DNA of 64,000 nt, from positions 193,316,001-193,380,000 of the forward strand of contig OX597815.1 of the NCBI GenBank assembly GCA_951406725.2. The letters are read 5' to 3'. How positions within the stretch are numbered: position 1 is the first letter of the stretch; every line of letters starts with the position of its first letter. The position numbers and the translations under genes were made by a program. Positions 42,083 to 57,499 of the stretch are shown piece by piece. The stretch comes from Octopus vulgaris (lineage: Eukaryota). The notes under the pieces are model-generated. The model did no database searches. It was not told the origin of the DNA and was given only the letters and a program-made list of their open reading frames with translations.

Positions 42083-42155
<73 letters not shown>

Positions 42156-42858
42156 TATATATATATGTATATATATATATATGTATATATATATTTATAT
42201 TGAATGATCTATTGTATCAAATTATTAATACTATTAAAGTATTTATGTATTTAATACGAGCAATTATATATTATATAATTATATATTTTATAATCAGATT
42301 ATAGATACTTTCTCACACAACAATTAAAATATATTTTAAATCATTTATTTATTTTAAATCCTTCATGTTTTCTCCCCCCTCTCACACACATACATTACTT
42401 TGGGCGCAAAAGAGTTTTGTTTTAATTTTACGTCGATGAAAAAGTGTTTTGTTGAGAATCCATCTATTTAACAACAAAGAAACAAAGAGGTAGGAAGCAA
42501 TTTGTCAGTGAATTACACAATATATATGGGTACAATTTCCGAGGTTTCCACCACACCCTACCTCTCCTTTCTCCCCCACTCATTTGTCTCCCACTGAAAT
42601 TAATCAACTCACACTTGATTAATCTATTTAATTGTCATGCCTACCACATTTAGAGATTACTTTTTCTATTACATTTATCACACATCCTTTCCTCAATAGT
42701 AATTTCACAAGGTTAAGTAGATTGTCAACAACTGTTAAAATTATATGTTGATTTCCATCGATCCGACGATCTATTTGCAATTGGAAATGTAACGAAAATA
42801 AATCATGTTGTTTGAAACATCGTCTTTGAGTTACACACTTTTCAGTATACTCTGCAAG

Positions 42859-42891
<33 letters not shown>

Positions 42892-43254
42892 CAGTTACGT
42901 CCTATAACTCCATCATCGTCTGATTTTCGGGTCTCTTCGTTACGTATATAATGGAATTGTGATTATGTATATCAGAAACTATATATATAAGTCGAAACAA
43001 TTTGTTGGCCTGTTATGGGTTTTATAATTGTTTATGTTATTTAATATTGTTATATTATAATCATAGTAATTAATGTAATATTCTAATATAGATAAATCAT
43101 TGGATTGTCAATAGTATATTTCTAATTAATGTAATAGTGATGGTATTAAGTAATTTTTTTAATTTTACAGCATATAACATTTGTTGATTAATTAAATATA
43201 TGAGGAATGTACACTTTGAAATATCGCTTGTGGAATCTAATTTCTTTTTTACAG

Positions 43255-43556
43255 ATAACACGAAAACTGCTGAGCGGAACGAGGAACCACCAGGATACTA
43301 TGATAACCATGGATACACAACTGATTTTTATAATGCTTCGACATCTGGACATTCCGAACAACCTGGATATCCACAACCACCAGCATATACACCACGCTCC
43401 GAATATCCACCACAAACGGAATATCCACCACCACCACCATATACAGCACAAACCGGATTTCCATCACAAACGGAATATCCACCACAAACCGGAGACCTGT
43501 CACAACCAACACCTGTGCTACAACAACCACAGCGACAACAACAGCAAACTGTTATT
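43255..43556 (+). CDS. CD225 gene copy B, proline-rich exon
   Basis: Same splice sites as copy A; 33 nt shorter with the frame preserved. Confidence 0.85.
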
Positions 43557-44524
43557 GTAAGCAAATATCACTTCTCATTTTACTCCTTACTCTACTACAA
43601 CCATTTAGCCCAAACCGAGATCTTATCTTTAGAAAGTTTTAGACATCAAACGTAACTTTACCAGGAAATCATTTGTAAGAGTTTTTAGTCAGTCAGATCA
43701 TTAAATTGAGCACAATGATTGTTTTAATTTGGTATTTATTTTAGCAGTATATTTTAATTGAATGTGTGATAAGTTGCACTGAAGTACAATGGTAAGAGTA
43801 GCAATCGGAGTAACTGACATGGAAGATATATACACATTTATATGACTCTCATTCAGCAAGCCATCACTGCTCCGTTCCTGTGATGTATTAGAGATCTCAT
43901 GTCTGTTTTCTGCTATGAGATTACTTTTATCAGAAAGAACTGTATTTTCAATCGTTTCCTCTGCTACTGTTTTCCGATACCCGTCATTTGCTAGCTTCGA
44001 GCTCTACTTCTGTAGCTTGATCCCATAATCTCTGATCCGTGAATTGAAACAATACTCTTTCTCTCCGTTGATCATACATACGTTGTCGGTTACCTCTAAT
44101 ATGAAGACCATTTTCGATTATAGGGTTGCTCAGGCAGTAACACTCCATGACCAGAGCATTGACTTGTTTGTTCCATCTACGCTGTGTGTGCTGGTCCCTT
44201 GCTGGATAATGACAGGCTGGAGTCAGACCAGTATTTCTGAGTCTGCCGGGTGCAACACTGTCACCATGTAGGGCTTCAGTTTCATTACCACCGCTATTCA
44301 AAATATTTTGTCTTTTCGTTGTCACACATATCAGGTAGCGATTATCAGGTTGTGCAATTACCAGTGTTTTTATTGTAACACGATCACTAGATGTATCATC
44401 AATCAGAACATAGGGAGATTCCAACCGCTTCCTTTCATTGTTATTATTATCATCACTGATATTATTTTCATTTTATTTTCATTTGTCAAGTTATTACCCC
44501 CTCCTCTTCATCACCATCATCGTC

Positions 44525-44558
<34 letters not shown>

Positions 44559-44560
44559 AT

Positions 44561-44619
<59 letters not shown>

Positions 44620-47600
44620 CATCAAGGGTGTGAGCTGACAGGATCGTTATCACGTTGGACGAATTTCTTAGCGGCATTTCAACCGTCACTGCGTTCTGAG
44701 TTCAAATTCCACAGAGGTCGATTTTGCCTTTCACCCTAGGGGCCGATAAATTAAGTACCATACCAGTGAAAAACTGCGGTCAATATAATCAACGCATCCT
44801 CTCTCCCTACATCTGAGGCTTTGTGCCCCCAGTAGAAAGGATTATTATTGTTCTTATTTTTATTATTTACATTTTATTTGCATGTTTGTTACAATCACTT
44901 GCCGAGACACACTCGGCGTCGTGGGGCGAGTAAAGGATAAAAGATCTGACAGAATGAGTGAATATTTGAGAGGGAGGGGTGGCAGGGGCAGTAGCGAAAT
45001 ATCTTCATGTAACACAGCACAGATATTTAAATTGACAGGATTTGCTCCGCGTGTGGGCAGTCAACATTTTTTTTTTGATTTCCTGAGATATTATGTAGAT
45101 GTTGTTGTCATCCTTCTCTTATCATCCCTAGGACACCCACAATAACAGGAACAGCGGTTGCTTTAAGATGTCACATCTTCTGTATTTCAAGTTCAAAGTC
45201 CTTATATTTACTCAATTTCTCAAATTCCTTTACAGTTATATTTTTATCAGTGGGAACACATACATGTATTAGTCTACAAATATTTTATTCTCTGTCTGTA
45301 ATGTCTATGGCTAGTGGATTAGCCTGGATCGTTCTGTCACTGTTGACTAGAAAATCCCAGAGGATAGTGATATTTTTACCTTCAATGGCTGGCGCAAATG
45401 ATATTCATACCAGTAAGCAGGAATGCTGCTTTCGTAGTCTTTACATATTTTCCAATGTAGAAACTGTCCTAAATTATCGTGGTGATTTTTGTATTCGTTT
45501 GATATTAGCACAGGACATCGCGAGATGGGATGGTTTATTGTTTCATCAAATTTATCGCAGAATCTACATTTAGGGTAAAAACCGTATTGTATAACGTTAG
45601 CCTGAGAGATTTTTGTAAGGAAGCTTTGATCTTGTGCCGCCAATATGGAGCCTTCAGTCTTTGCTTTCATTTCCGAGTTCCTCAGTCAATGTTTGGTTGT
45701 TGCTTGATCTACATCAGCATTTCGACTTCGAAGTATCTACTATCCATACAGAGGCCTCTGACTCCGCCGCTCCTCAATTTGTTTTCGCCCGTTCTTTTTT
45801 GCAGTCTGTATTATCCGTTTTGTTTCTTACTTAACAATGATTTCAGGCTTTTCATCTGATGCAGGGTTAATGCTAAGTTCACTTGCGAAGTTGCTAGTTT
45901 CCTTGACGATACAATGTGATTTTTGGCTGCTTTTGTGTTTGCTCACAAGCCGCAGTATCCAGTCTTCTGTACTAGATAAGTACTTGTTCATTGCTATTGT
46001 AGAGGTCTTAGAGCACAGTTCTACCTACATCATTCTTCTTTTTCCCATTACTTCTAAGTAGGTACAGACGATCAGCTTCTGATTTGGGGTGGTGCATGTT
46101 CTTAGAAGTTAGTAGTTTTCTTGTCTTCCTGTCCAGGCGTTGGAGTTCTTTAAGATTACATTTAAGGGTGTTAAAAGTGTATTCGACTACTTGAAGTACC
46201 AGGATGTTAATGGGCTCGATGCAATCTTTGAAAGCGAGTCGTATTCTTCTGTAATATTATTGTGGTTTTTCCCTCACAGTTGCATACTATATGCCATCTG
46301 CATCATTTTACTCCAGGTACTTATAGTACCCTTGTGAGTCAGGATCCTTAATGGTAGTGTCGGTATCTAACTTAATGGAAGCTGTTTGCTTGAGATTTTC
46401 CCTAACAAAAGTTGCTTTAGCACACTTATCAAGGCCAAAATCCATTCCAATATCATTGTTGAACTCTTTAACAAGTCTGCCAGTAAACTCAGACTTGTTG
46501 AGGTCTCTCATAATATCTTATTTTGCTTCTATGATCTCCTCTTTACTATTCACATCAAATTCTGTGTCATGTTTATTTTGGTGCTCTTGGGGTAGGTCTC
46601 CGTACTCCTCTTTTTCCATTATTCTTTCTTTTAATTTCTCGTTGGGATTTACTGCTCATACTTTGGGCTCTGTGCATCTGTTACCTATTTCATCTAAGTT
46701 ATTGATGTTTTCATTGGGTCTCGCATGAGATATTTGTGTCCTAATCTGGCTAATTTCAGCATCAGTTAACCTTTAATTCCTCATGATGTCCCTACGTATA
46801 TCACTTCTTTTATTTGCCTCTATATATCTGCTTACATCGTTACCTACTAAGTTTCTACATGACGGGTATGTTTATACAATAAGGTTACTGTTTGGGTTTA
46901 GCTGGGTTGCTGAGAAAGCCTTCAACTTGTCTCTATAATCCTCACTAGTCCATTTTCTGCGTTTTGTTTTAGTTGATGATTATAGTGGTGCTACTACAAG
47001 TCTAGGGTTAGGGTCATCCTGGCTCAGGTGACCTGGCAGTTAGTTTTTTTTTTAAAGTTTGTTCAAGCAGCAGACCTTTTGATCCCAAAATGTTTCCCCA
47101 CTAAGTGCAGCAGTTCTTGATGTATCGGGCTCCGACTGAATCGACATGAGTTTGGTTTGTCAGTAAAGCATTGACGGTGACAATAGGAGACGGGTCTGTT
47201 TGTTCAAGGTTGACTTATTGATATGACAGCGCTTCCTTGTTTTTCCTATGGACATATTTATCGTATCGTAGGCTTGTTTCACCATCTTCACGGGCATTTG
47301 ATGTCCATCTTCACAGGCATTTGATGTCCTTCTCTGTGGCTGATCTCCACAACTCTTCAAGATTGAGTGGATTCTTCTTTAATTCTGTACACATTTGTTC
47401 GATGATATTTAAGTCAGGGCTCTGAGCTGGCCAACTTTCAATATGGTAGTACCTATTTCTTTACTACCCACAAGGGGCTAAACACAGAGGGGACAAACAA
47501 GCTATGTCTCTGGGCATAAATGCTTCGTGATGCTTTAAACCGAGTGACTAATTTGCTCTTTCTTATATTCTTCTGTGGGGGGGGGGGGTTGCTTTGATTT

Positions 47601-48320
47601 TGTTTGGTACTGCATTGCTCGTGGTAGGTGTTTGTCTTTTATTTTCTGTATGTTCATGTGTGTGTCCTGTAGACATTTTTTATGTTGCTTGTAAAAATAA
47701 GTATGTGCACTTGGAGAAATGGAAAGTTGCATGTAAAGATAATTATTCAATCTACGTAATTACTGTGTAATTAGTGTGTTTGACCAGGTTTCCGCGTACT
47801 GGTTTCGGCGTCTTTCGCATGTCATATAGAGATATCATGCATTTCAGAAAGAACCTACACTGTATGTAAGAAGGCGGCGAGCTGCCAGAAACGTTTACGC
47901 GCCGGGCGAAATGCTAAGCGGTATTTCGTCTGTCGCAACATTCTGAGTTCAAATTCCGCCGAGGTCGACTTTGCCTTTCATCCTTTCGGGGTCGATAAAT
48001 TAAGTACCAGTTACGCACTGGGGTCGATGTAATCGACTTAATACCTATGTCTGTCCTTGTTTGTCCCCTCTGTGTTTAGTCCCTTGTGGGTAATAAAGAA
48101 ATATGTATGTAAGAAAAATCCTTCTGAATTTCTTATTCCTTTGCTTTCTTTACGAAGACTTTTCCCATTGCTGTATCTCGATGTTGTCCTTCCATTGCAC
48201 CGACGTTACTGTTTTGTGGAGAGGGGATCTTAGAGTACACAACCATGTTGTGCTCATCATCGTTATAAACATCCCTAGATAATTGTATTATTTTTTTTTT
48301 CTTATTTCTTCTCTTTTCAG

Positions 48321-48431
48321 ACAGAAAACCAGGAAATAAAATACTTGGGCTGTAAGATATGTGCAGCAATATACGTCACCTTTTTCTGCTGTTTTCCAAC
48401 AGGCATTGTTGCTTCTATTAAGTTATGTGAG
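48321..48431 (+). CDS. CD225 gene copy B, CC exon
   Basis: tttcag| ... GAG|gtaagt; translates ...FFCCFPTGIVASIKLCE. Confidence 0.92.
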
Positions 48432-49908
48432 GTAAGTAAAATACGAACGTTTCTTGCAAGAATTTCTGTTCATTTGCATACCTTTTATCCAAACGAGGCT
48501 GTGTGATAAGAAATTTGCTTACCAATCACACGGTTTTGGTTTCAGTTCTACCGCCGCACTTGGGATAAGTGATTTGTACAACAGCCAAGTGTTGATCAAA
48601 GCCATGTGAATGGATTAAGCAGAAGGAAACTGAAAGAACCCCGTCACACACACATACCTACACATATATACATATGAATATACGTGTATGTATATGTGTG
48701 TATGTGTGTGTGTGTGTGTGTGCGTGTGTGTGTGTGTGTGGAAGAGAAAGAGAGTATCTATGTCTGTGTTAGTCAACTACCACCAGTTATAACCGATGTT
48801 GGTGTGTTTACGTTCTCGTACTCTAGCGTTTCGGCACAAAGATGATAAACTAAGTGCCAGCCTTAAAAATAAAATATGTACACGTGTCGATCCGTTCAAC
48901 TAAAATTCTTTAAGGCGATGCTCCAGCATGGCCATAGTCTGATGACTGAAACAAATACTATACACTGCAAAAGCCTTCGGCCAATTTCAATTATTGTAAA
49001 TTACTATTAATTGCCAACCTATAAGGGGGTGTTTCGCATTGCGCTTTTTGCAGATGAAACATTGGCCTTAAACATTATATTTTGTAGTAGGGGTCTGAAT
49101 GAGAGGGAAAGATGTGAGACGACCACCAAAAATGGCCAAGCAAAAGTGTACGGCCACCTCACCTAAACAAATCAAGATACAGTGTTTCAAAACAGAAAAA
49201 TGTCTATAATGAACATTTATTATATAATGTTCTTTTCAAGATCTTTTGATATTTCGTATGGCTACTTCTCACCTTGAACCATTGCTTCAATGCACTTAGG
49301 AAGAGATGAGTACAAATCCTTCACCATCTTCACAGGCATTTGATGTCATTCTCTGTGGCTGATCTCCCACAACACTTCAAGATTGAGTGGATTCTTCTGA
49401 CAAACTCTTCTCTTTAGTTCTGTACACATTTGTTCGAAGATATTTAAGACAGGGCTCCAAGCTGGCCAATCTTTCAATATGGCAATACCTTTATCAGCCA
49501 GACTCTGTTATGTTGCACGCAATCTGTGGCATTGCGCACCGTAATGCTGAAAAATCTCACCTTCATTCAAGTCTTTTATAAAATTTCCTGCAGCAACTAT
49601 ATGTATTTGGCACTTCCAGTTACCGTCAATTTTAACCACCTTTCTTGAACCATCACATTTTATGTGTTCCCAAAGCATCAGATTCTTACTCCCAAACTTC
49701 ACTGTTTTTGTCAAGTAACGTGGGTCGTTTTCCTTCCTGACAAACTCTGGCTTATTAAAAAGGGAAACGAATCATATATGTACAAGGTGATTGTCTATTC
49801 CTCATGCATAATCTGACCAACTCATACATACATACATATATAAATACACACATACATAGATACATACACACACACGCATACATACACTAATAACACACAC
49901 ACACACAG

Positions 49909-49952
<44 letters not shown>

Positions 49953-50934
49953 GTACATATAAGTAATCCCCCCATCCCCCCAAAAACCGAAGAAAAAGCA
50001 CAAGAAGAAAAAACTGTGTTTAGATTACATTATCCAATGTGATATTATACAATGTTATTTTTTTAAAAGAGAATGTTGTGATTTGAGGAATTTGGCTACT
50101 CTTTCAAACAGTCTTATTTATTTCCTTGTGGTTGTGTCATAGACTGTTTGAGGTTCCCTCATGGCGTTGATACGCATTTAGTTGATGGAGATTATAGAGG
50201 AGAAGCATAATTAAAGGTCCTAAACAAGACCAAACGAACATCATGATTATAATAGTCGTGAAAATGGTTCTTATATTAAGGCTCACCTCTAATGCATGTT
50301 TGCTCCATTATGTCTAACAATAACCGTTTCAAGTATTCCAAATACAGCAGTCTTGTTTTAACTCATCATTAATATCTGCCAACTCACCATATCATTGTAA
50401 ATAAGGTTTTTATTAATCCAGTCTACATAAAATATCTTTAACCCCAAATTAGCAATTGGCTAAGAAACAGCATAGCATTTAACAGCGTTGATAAAATATC
50501 TGCTTTTAGAAGAGTAATGGTTATGAAACTGACGAAATATCACTTCACCACCCCCGGAACCACACACACACTACAAAAATATTGGTAGAATTCGTGGTCA
50601 CACCAGCTCCCCTCCATCCATTCCTTTATTTAGAAGAAGTGCTACTGTTCATCCATATAATTCCATATAATTGCTACGACGCATAAAATATTTAGCTGTA
50701 TTTTGTCCGTTTTTACGTTCTGAGTTCAGATTCCCACGGGTCCACTTTGCCTTTCATCCTTTAGGGATACATAAAATAAGTAATTGTTTGAGTACTGGGA
50801 TCGATGTAATTCACTTATTCATTCCTCCAAAATTACTGGCCTTGTGACAAAATTAGAAATCAACATATTTGCTGTTGTTCAGTTTTATTGGCGTGCTTTA
50901 AATATGGACTAATTCCTGTCTTTCTATCTTCTAG

Positions 50935-51081
50935 GCAAGTACAATGGCTGAAAATGGAAATTTAGAAGGTGCAAACAAAGCAAATTCTGTTGCTATGACC
51001 TTCATCAAACTATCAATTTTTGGTGGCGTTTTTATATCTGTGCTTACACTCTTTTTAATAATAGGAAATGCTATAATGTAG
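50935..51081 (+). CDS. CD225 gene copy B, terminal exon
   Basis: Translates ASTMAENGNLEGANKANSVAMTFIKLSIFGGVFISVLTLFLIIGNAIM*. AATAAA at 51444. Confidence 0.9.
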   Translation, partial: ASTMAENGNLEGANKANSVAMTFIKLSIFGGVFISVLTLFLIIGNAIM

Positions 51082-52120
51082 CTAGATTATATATTCTGAT
51101 CGGTGAAATGTAAGGCTTCCACCTGAAGGCAAGAACCCATAAAGCTGTAAAATTATGAGAGTATACAGATATTCTTGCACCTCTTGTAGCATTCCTTCAC
51201 TCCAATTTAAGCACACACGAAATCAACGTGTAATGATGCTGCATTTTGGCTTTAATTCAATCTTCTTGATCAGGAATGGTCAAACTTTAAAATCATTTTA
51301 TAAATACAGTTGTTAAACAAAGTAAATTTTTTAAATCTTTCCTACTTTTTCAAAATATTTCCTTAAAACCAGTTATTTGAGAGTTTAAGATTTATATGAG
51401 CGCTTAAGCGGTTTAACATAAATTAAACACTAGATACACAAAGAATAAACAGTTATACACATATATTGACAAATATTGCTATACATGTCAACACAAAATA
51501 TTAGATAATGGTAGATAGATGCGGCTAAAACTGAAAACTGCATTCAAATATTAACCACAAATGTCGTGGAATATATTTCTTGCAGCTTTCATTCATAATT
51601 ATTTGAATTATTATTAATTTAAATATTTCTTCTTATCATGTCAATCAACGGGAAGTGGAGTTCACAACAAACATTCTAGTGGAATTTTGCAGACAAGAAA
51701 GTAAACCTTCAACGCAGTAAACCTGAAAGGACAGCAGCGAAAGACTGGGTATCTATCTATATAAAACGTAAAAAAAAAAAACAACGTTGCCCGCGGGTAC
51801 CTACAGGACTCGAACACGAACAGGTTAGATATGATCTAACAACAATACCATTTCGCTATGCAGTAACGTGCGATGAAGTATCGTCAAATGTAAAGCCACT
51901 TCGAATGCGATAACATTTTATAAACAAAATTTGGAAGCATTACATGTGGTTGTTATTCTGCAGACCAGAAAATAATGATTTTATTGTACTATCGTCTGTA
52001 GAACAATATCTGAAGGAGTTTTCCGTTAATAAAATTCAATATTTAAACTAATGAATATTATAACAAAATAGTAGTTGTTTAAAATTGTAGATACATCAGT
52101 AAATCAACTGGTATATTCTA

Positions 52121-52425
52121 CGAAGGCGCATGGCTCAGTGGTTAGAGCGTCGAGCTTACGACCGTGAGGTTGTGAGATCGAATCCCGGACCGGGCTGCGT
52201 GTTGTGTTCTCAGCTGTAGAAATGAGTTGCGACGTCACTGGTGCCAAGCTGGATCGACCTTTGTCTTTCCCTTGGGTAACACTGGTGGCGTGGAGAGGGG
52301 AGGCTGGTATGCATGGGCGACTTCTGGTCTTCCATAAACAACCTTGCCCGGACTTGTGGCTAGGAGGGTAACTTTCTAGGTGCAATCCCATGGTCATTCA
52401 TGACCGAAGGGGGTCTTTACCCCTT
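52121..52425 (+). mobile_element. tRNA-derived SINE, present only in unit B
   Basis: A box TGGCTCAGTGG, B-box-like GATCGAATCC, 9-bp TSD TATATTCTA (52112 and 52426). The empty site is at about 32432-32440. Confidence 0.9.
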
Positions 52426-53734
52426 TATATTCTATGACGAGTGGCAGCAGCAGTAATAATGACAACAACAATAACTACTACTACTAATACAGCTGATGTC
52501 GCTGCTGTTGCTGCTACCAACTTCTGCTGACCTCTGTAGTAGTGAAAAATTTGCCTTCATTCCCCCTTTTCTGAGATAATAGAGAGCGAGGGCGAATATA
52601 TCTGGTGTGCCACCAGAGGCAGACTTCTGGTGAGTAGGGGTGTCCGGAGATAAGCGAAGAGAATTGAATCGGAACAGGATTTATTAGACGAATCTAGAAC
52701 AGATCTTGACTTATTACAGCTCACAAACAAGGCAGACCTTCACGTCAAGGTGGATTGAAGAAGATCACAATTCACATATATTGTGATGCCAACCACGTGA
52801 GAGTCTTCTGTTCGATACAGAAAGTGAAAGTATGCAGGCACCGCTGTTTCCAGCATCACAAACATCAAACACAATTACAATGCCAAGAACAGCAAGCAAC
52901 CATAATATTAGCGATAAAAAATGCAACAGAGCCAGCAGCAACAAATGTGTTTATGAATGTGTGTATTCAGGGTTTGAACTTTTGAATCGGTTTTGTGAGT
53001 GAATATATATGACCATATATGTATGTGTATGTAAGAATGTATATGCGTTTGCTTCTGTGATTGCATTCCAGCATGAGTGTGCATAATTCCGTGTGTGTGT
53101 GTGTGGTGTGGAGTCTTTTTAATAGGGAAGCGTCTGTGTTTATGTTAGCGTGTGTGCGTGTATTATTATTATAGGTGAAATGGAAGGCGACGATCTGGCA
53201 GAATCATTATCGCGTCAGGCGAAATGCTAAGCGGTATTTCGTCTGTCGTTACGTTCTGAGTTCAAATTCTGCCGAGGTCGACTTTGCCTTTCATCCTTTC
53301 GGGTTCGATAAATTAAGTACCAGTTACGCACTGGGGTCGATATAATCGACTTAATCCGTCTGTCTGTCCTTGTTTGTCTCCTCTGTGTTTAGCCCCTTGT
53401 GGGTAGTAAAGAAATAGGTATTACATCTGCCGTTACGTTCGAGTTCAAAATATGCCGAGGTCGACATTGCTTTTCAACTCCTCGGGATCGATAAAAAGAG
53501 TGCGATTTACACACAGGGATCGATGAAATCGATTCAATCTTTCCACCAGAATCTGAGTTCTTGTGCCTCCAGTAGAATAGATTATTATAAGCAAAATAAA
53601 CTTCTCAAAAAACTCAAATATGTTTCAACACATCAGTTAGCATTAAGGATTTTGCAAAGTAAATAAAAATACGAAGTATACACACACATGCACACACACA
53701 CACACGCACGCACACGCACACACACACACACATA

Positions 53735-53770
<36 letters not shown>

Positions 53771-53873
53771 TGTATGTATGTATGTATGTATGTATATGTA
53801 TATAGGATATTAATGAAGGAAAATGCAGACACATTACATAGTTTTATTATAATCATTAATAAAACTTGCATTT

Positions 53874-53904
53874 GCCGACCGGTTTCGCTTTCGCTATTCA
53901 TGAT
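53874..53904 (-). ncRNA. Minimal hammerhead ribozyme, A3-U8 core variant (weak stem I)
   Basis: AUC-AUGAAUA-GC gaaa GC-GAA-ACCGGU-C-GGC. Confidence 0.6.
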
Positions 53905-55644
53905 ATTAAGTTTTATTAAAATATCTCTTTTCTTAAGAAGTAATTTTTCGGGTCATGTTTTCAGTGAAATTATGAGTGAATGACTAAAACTAAGGGGAGG
54001 TAATTGGTTATTGTGGGCAAAGTAGGGGAGCTTTTGGTATATACACACACAAAAATTCGAAAACTAGTTTAGTGGGAAGATATATGTGAAGGGATCAAAG
54101 TTGGTTATGCGTTCTGTATTTTTCGATGAAAAATTTTCTTTATTTAAAAGTTATTGTATAGAAATTGTATCTTGGCGCTGGTAGAAGGGGAAATTTGTGA
54201 AATTTGGTTTGATGTTACCAGCACATCTCTATTTGTGTTCACTTAAAGGAATTTGCCTGTATTGCAGGAACCGGATCTGCTTTTTATGTAGAGAGGTGTT
54301 CTGTCTCAATGTCATACTCATCTGTCCAATATAGTGTTGTCCACAACAGGAATTAGACTCCCAGAGTCTCAAATGAAATTAGTTTTAATTCTGAAGCTCT
54401 CTCCCTCTTTGAAAAGGAAATCCGAGCCTTCAAGTAAGTTGGGGCATGTTTGACAGTTTAGGAGTTCACACTTTTAACCGTTGGTTTCGTGGTTGTTGTG
54501 TAAAACTTTGCATTTCTTAGAAGTCTCTTTAGCGATTTCTGTTGCTTTTTGCCTTTGATGAGTTTGTGTGTTTTCAGTGCGTCGTTCATTTTTGAAGCTG
54601 TAGTTAGTAAAAGGAGATTTTGCACAATACTCTTGTATCCTTCACTGTTTCTAGGGTTGTGGGTTGATAAACAGAGTAGTGTTTTGAGATGAGGAGTGGT
54701 CTTATGCTTTGTTGCCATTAGTGCTTTTATGTCAAAATTCTTGGCACGCCTAATTCCCTAGTCTGTAAGTGAGGGTGGATATTGCCTTTCAGTTAGCGTT
54801 ATTTTGAGGCCTTGAAGACGAAGGTCCCGAGTAGTTCTATCAGATACTATAGTGCAAATCCTTTTTGCTAAATTAAAAGGGTGCTGCTTTCGTTCCCATC
54901 GCAATCCCATATTTTGACGATAGTATGTGTCATCAAATAGGAAATAATTGTTCTGAAGTATAAATTTTCAAGATCCAATAACAAAAATCTGATTTATGCG
55001 TTCCGGGAGTACTTCGAGATAATCTTTCAACTAGAATTTGATTGCTTTTATTCCATAGTCATAAGAACCTAATTTAAGTAATAACATCCTCGAGTTGAGG
55101 ACAACGCTATATTTGAAAGACGAGTATGACATTGAGACGTAGAACCACTATCCATAAAGATCAGAAGCGGTTCCCGCAATTCTGATAAATTCCTTTAAGT
55201 CAACACATAGAGAAATGTGCAGGTAACCACAAACCAAATTTCACAGTTTTCCCCTTCTACCAGTGCAAAGATACAATTTTCTACAAGAACGTTTAAATGA
55301 AAAAAACTTTTTTTCACCGAAAAATACAGAGCGCGTCTAAATATGCTTGCATAACCAACTTTGATCTCTTTACATATTCTAATACACGATTACGTCATTG
55401 TACATATATCTACCCAATAAACTAGTTATCGAAAGTTTGTGTGTATATATATATATATGTATATATATATAATCCTAACACCCTACAGAAAGCTGAACAG
55501 TTATCTCCCCTCTCCACATTCATGACGATAGCTAATTACCACCCCTTCCTTTTCTACTTGTTGAATCATTCACTCATAAATTTCCCACACAACATGTACC
55601 AAAAAGTTTCTTCTTAAGAAAATACTATTTAAATAAATCTTAAA

Positions 55645-55675
55645 GTCATGAATAGCGAAAGCGAAACCGGTCGAC
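55645..55675 (+). ncRNA. Minimal hammerhead ribozyme, A3-U8 core variant
   Basis: GUC-AUGAAUA-GC gaaa GC-GAA-ACCGGU-C-GAC; GUC cleavage triplet and GNRA loop on stem II. Confidence 0.72.
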
Positions 55676-55755
55676 AAGCAAAATATAAGATATATTTAAA
55701 ATTATATTAAAACTATATAATATGTGTGCATTTTCCTTCTTTAATTTCTTATATA

Positions 55756-57331
55756 CAGTTGCGGCCAAACTGTTCAGAATGGCATTGTTTTCGCCAGAAA
55801 TGTAGGTATAAGTTTTTATCAAAGTTGTTTTATGTTCTATAATTTTCACAGACAATAAATACGATATTATTTGTTATTGTCTGAGATTTTAGTGTAATTT
55901 GAGAGATTAATACAAAAGTTATAGATGATATAGTGATTTACTGCAAAACCCATGCCGGCAAAATGATCAGAACGGTTGAAAAAATAACAAAATAATCAAA
56001 AATGACAGAGAATACTGGAATTATTGAATAGTCAGTGTGAAGCCCTTTAGCTTCGATCATACTTTGACATCTTCGACTGCATGAGGAAATTAAATTTTCA
56101 ATTTCTTGCTAGGTGATCTTATTCCATTCTTCCTGAAGAGCATTCCATAATTGCTCGGTTGTTTTAGGATTTCTGGCTTTCGAACGTTCTCCTAGAATAT
56201 TCCACACATTTTCAATAGGATTGAGATCTGGGCTTTGAGCAGGCCAATCCATAATAAGAACCTTTTCAGCCGTGAGGAAGTTCATGACCACCTTAGCCTT
56301 GTGACATGGGGCATTGTCCTGCATGAACATGGGTGGTCGCTTAGTTGAATTTCTCAGCACAGGCAAGACACGATCTTTTACAAGTTGTTTATAAACTCCT
56401 GCATTTACCTTTCCGTGTAATCGCACCAAAGAGCCCACACCATCTCCAGATATCATCCCCCAAACCATGACACTTCCTCCACCGAATTTAACACTAGTCT
56501 TAAGGCATTTAGGCGACAATTTTTCACCTACTTTTCAATGAATGTACCTTTTCCCATCTGAGCCAAATAACATAAACTTAGATTCATCACTGAAATGTAC
56601 CGTTTGCCATTTTTCTTGAGACCACAACACATGTTCGGTTGCAAAGGTAAGACGACACTTTTTTATTTTTGGAGCTGATCAGTGGCTTCACTGCAGGTGC
56701 TCTTGCTTGTAGGTCATGTTCAACTAAACGACGAGACACAGTTTTTCGAGATAACGTTTTCTTCAGTACAATGCTCATTTCCTGAGAAACAGCAGCAGCA
56801 GTTTTAAATCTGTCCTTTTTAACCAACTTTACCATAGCACGATCTTCTCTCTTGGTCGTTTTTCTTGGCCTACCTGTAGACTTTCTAGCTTCACATGAAC
56901 CACAATCATCGAAGACCTTAAGAATACCGTGAACAACATTTTTTGACTTGTTAACAATCTTTGCAAGAGACTCAATACTTAAATTATCCTTCTTTCAAAG
57001 CTTAATAATCTGCTGACGAATTGGTAACGGAAGTAAACAAACCATCGCGTAAACAAATTCAAAACATCAGAGTTCGCCGGTTAAATATACTAAAACACGG
57101 AGAAAAGCAACCGTTCTGATCATTTTGGCCGCCATGGGTTTTGCAGTAAATCCCTAAATCATCCATAACTTTTGTATTATCCTCTCAAATTACACCAGAA
57201 TCTCAGACAATAACGAATAATATTCTATACATTGTCTGTGAAAATTATAGAATATAAAACAACTTTGATAAAAACTTATACCTACTTATCTGGCAAAAAC
57301 AATGCCGTTCTGAACATTTTGGCCGCAACTG
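55756..57331 (-). mobile_element. Full-length Tc1 (DD34E, long IR/DR-type TIRs) with a disrupted transposase
   Basis: TA|CAGTTG...CAACTG|TA; ~220 bp TIRs containing internal direct repeats; D-x34-E spacing counted; stops and frameshifts present. Confidence 0.95.
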
Positions 57332-57411
57332 TATATATTACATGTCACCACGTGAAGATAATCGAAATTCCTCCCTTTCTGTTACTAGATAGATAGATAG
57401 ATGGATAGATG

Positions 57412-57496
<85 letters not shown>

Positions 57497-57499
57497 AAA

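Larger units (their letters stand above)
53810..55745. mobile_element. Two related PLE 3' ends in inverted orientation (- about 53810-54890; + about 55110-55745)
   Basis: GIY-YIG remnants; 53810-53960 is the near reverse complement of 55600-55745. Confidence 0.8.
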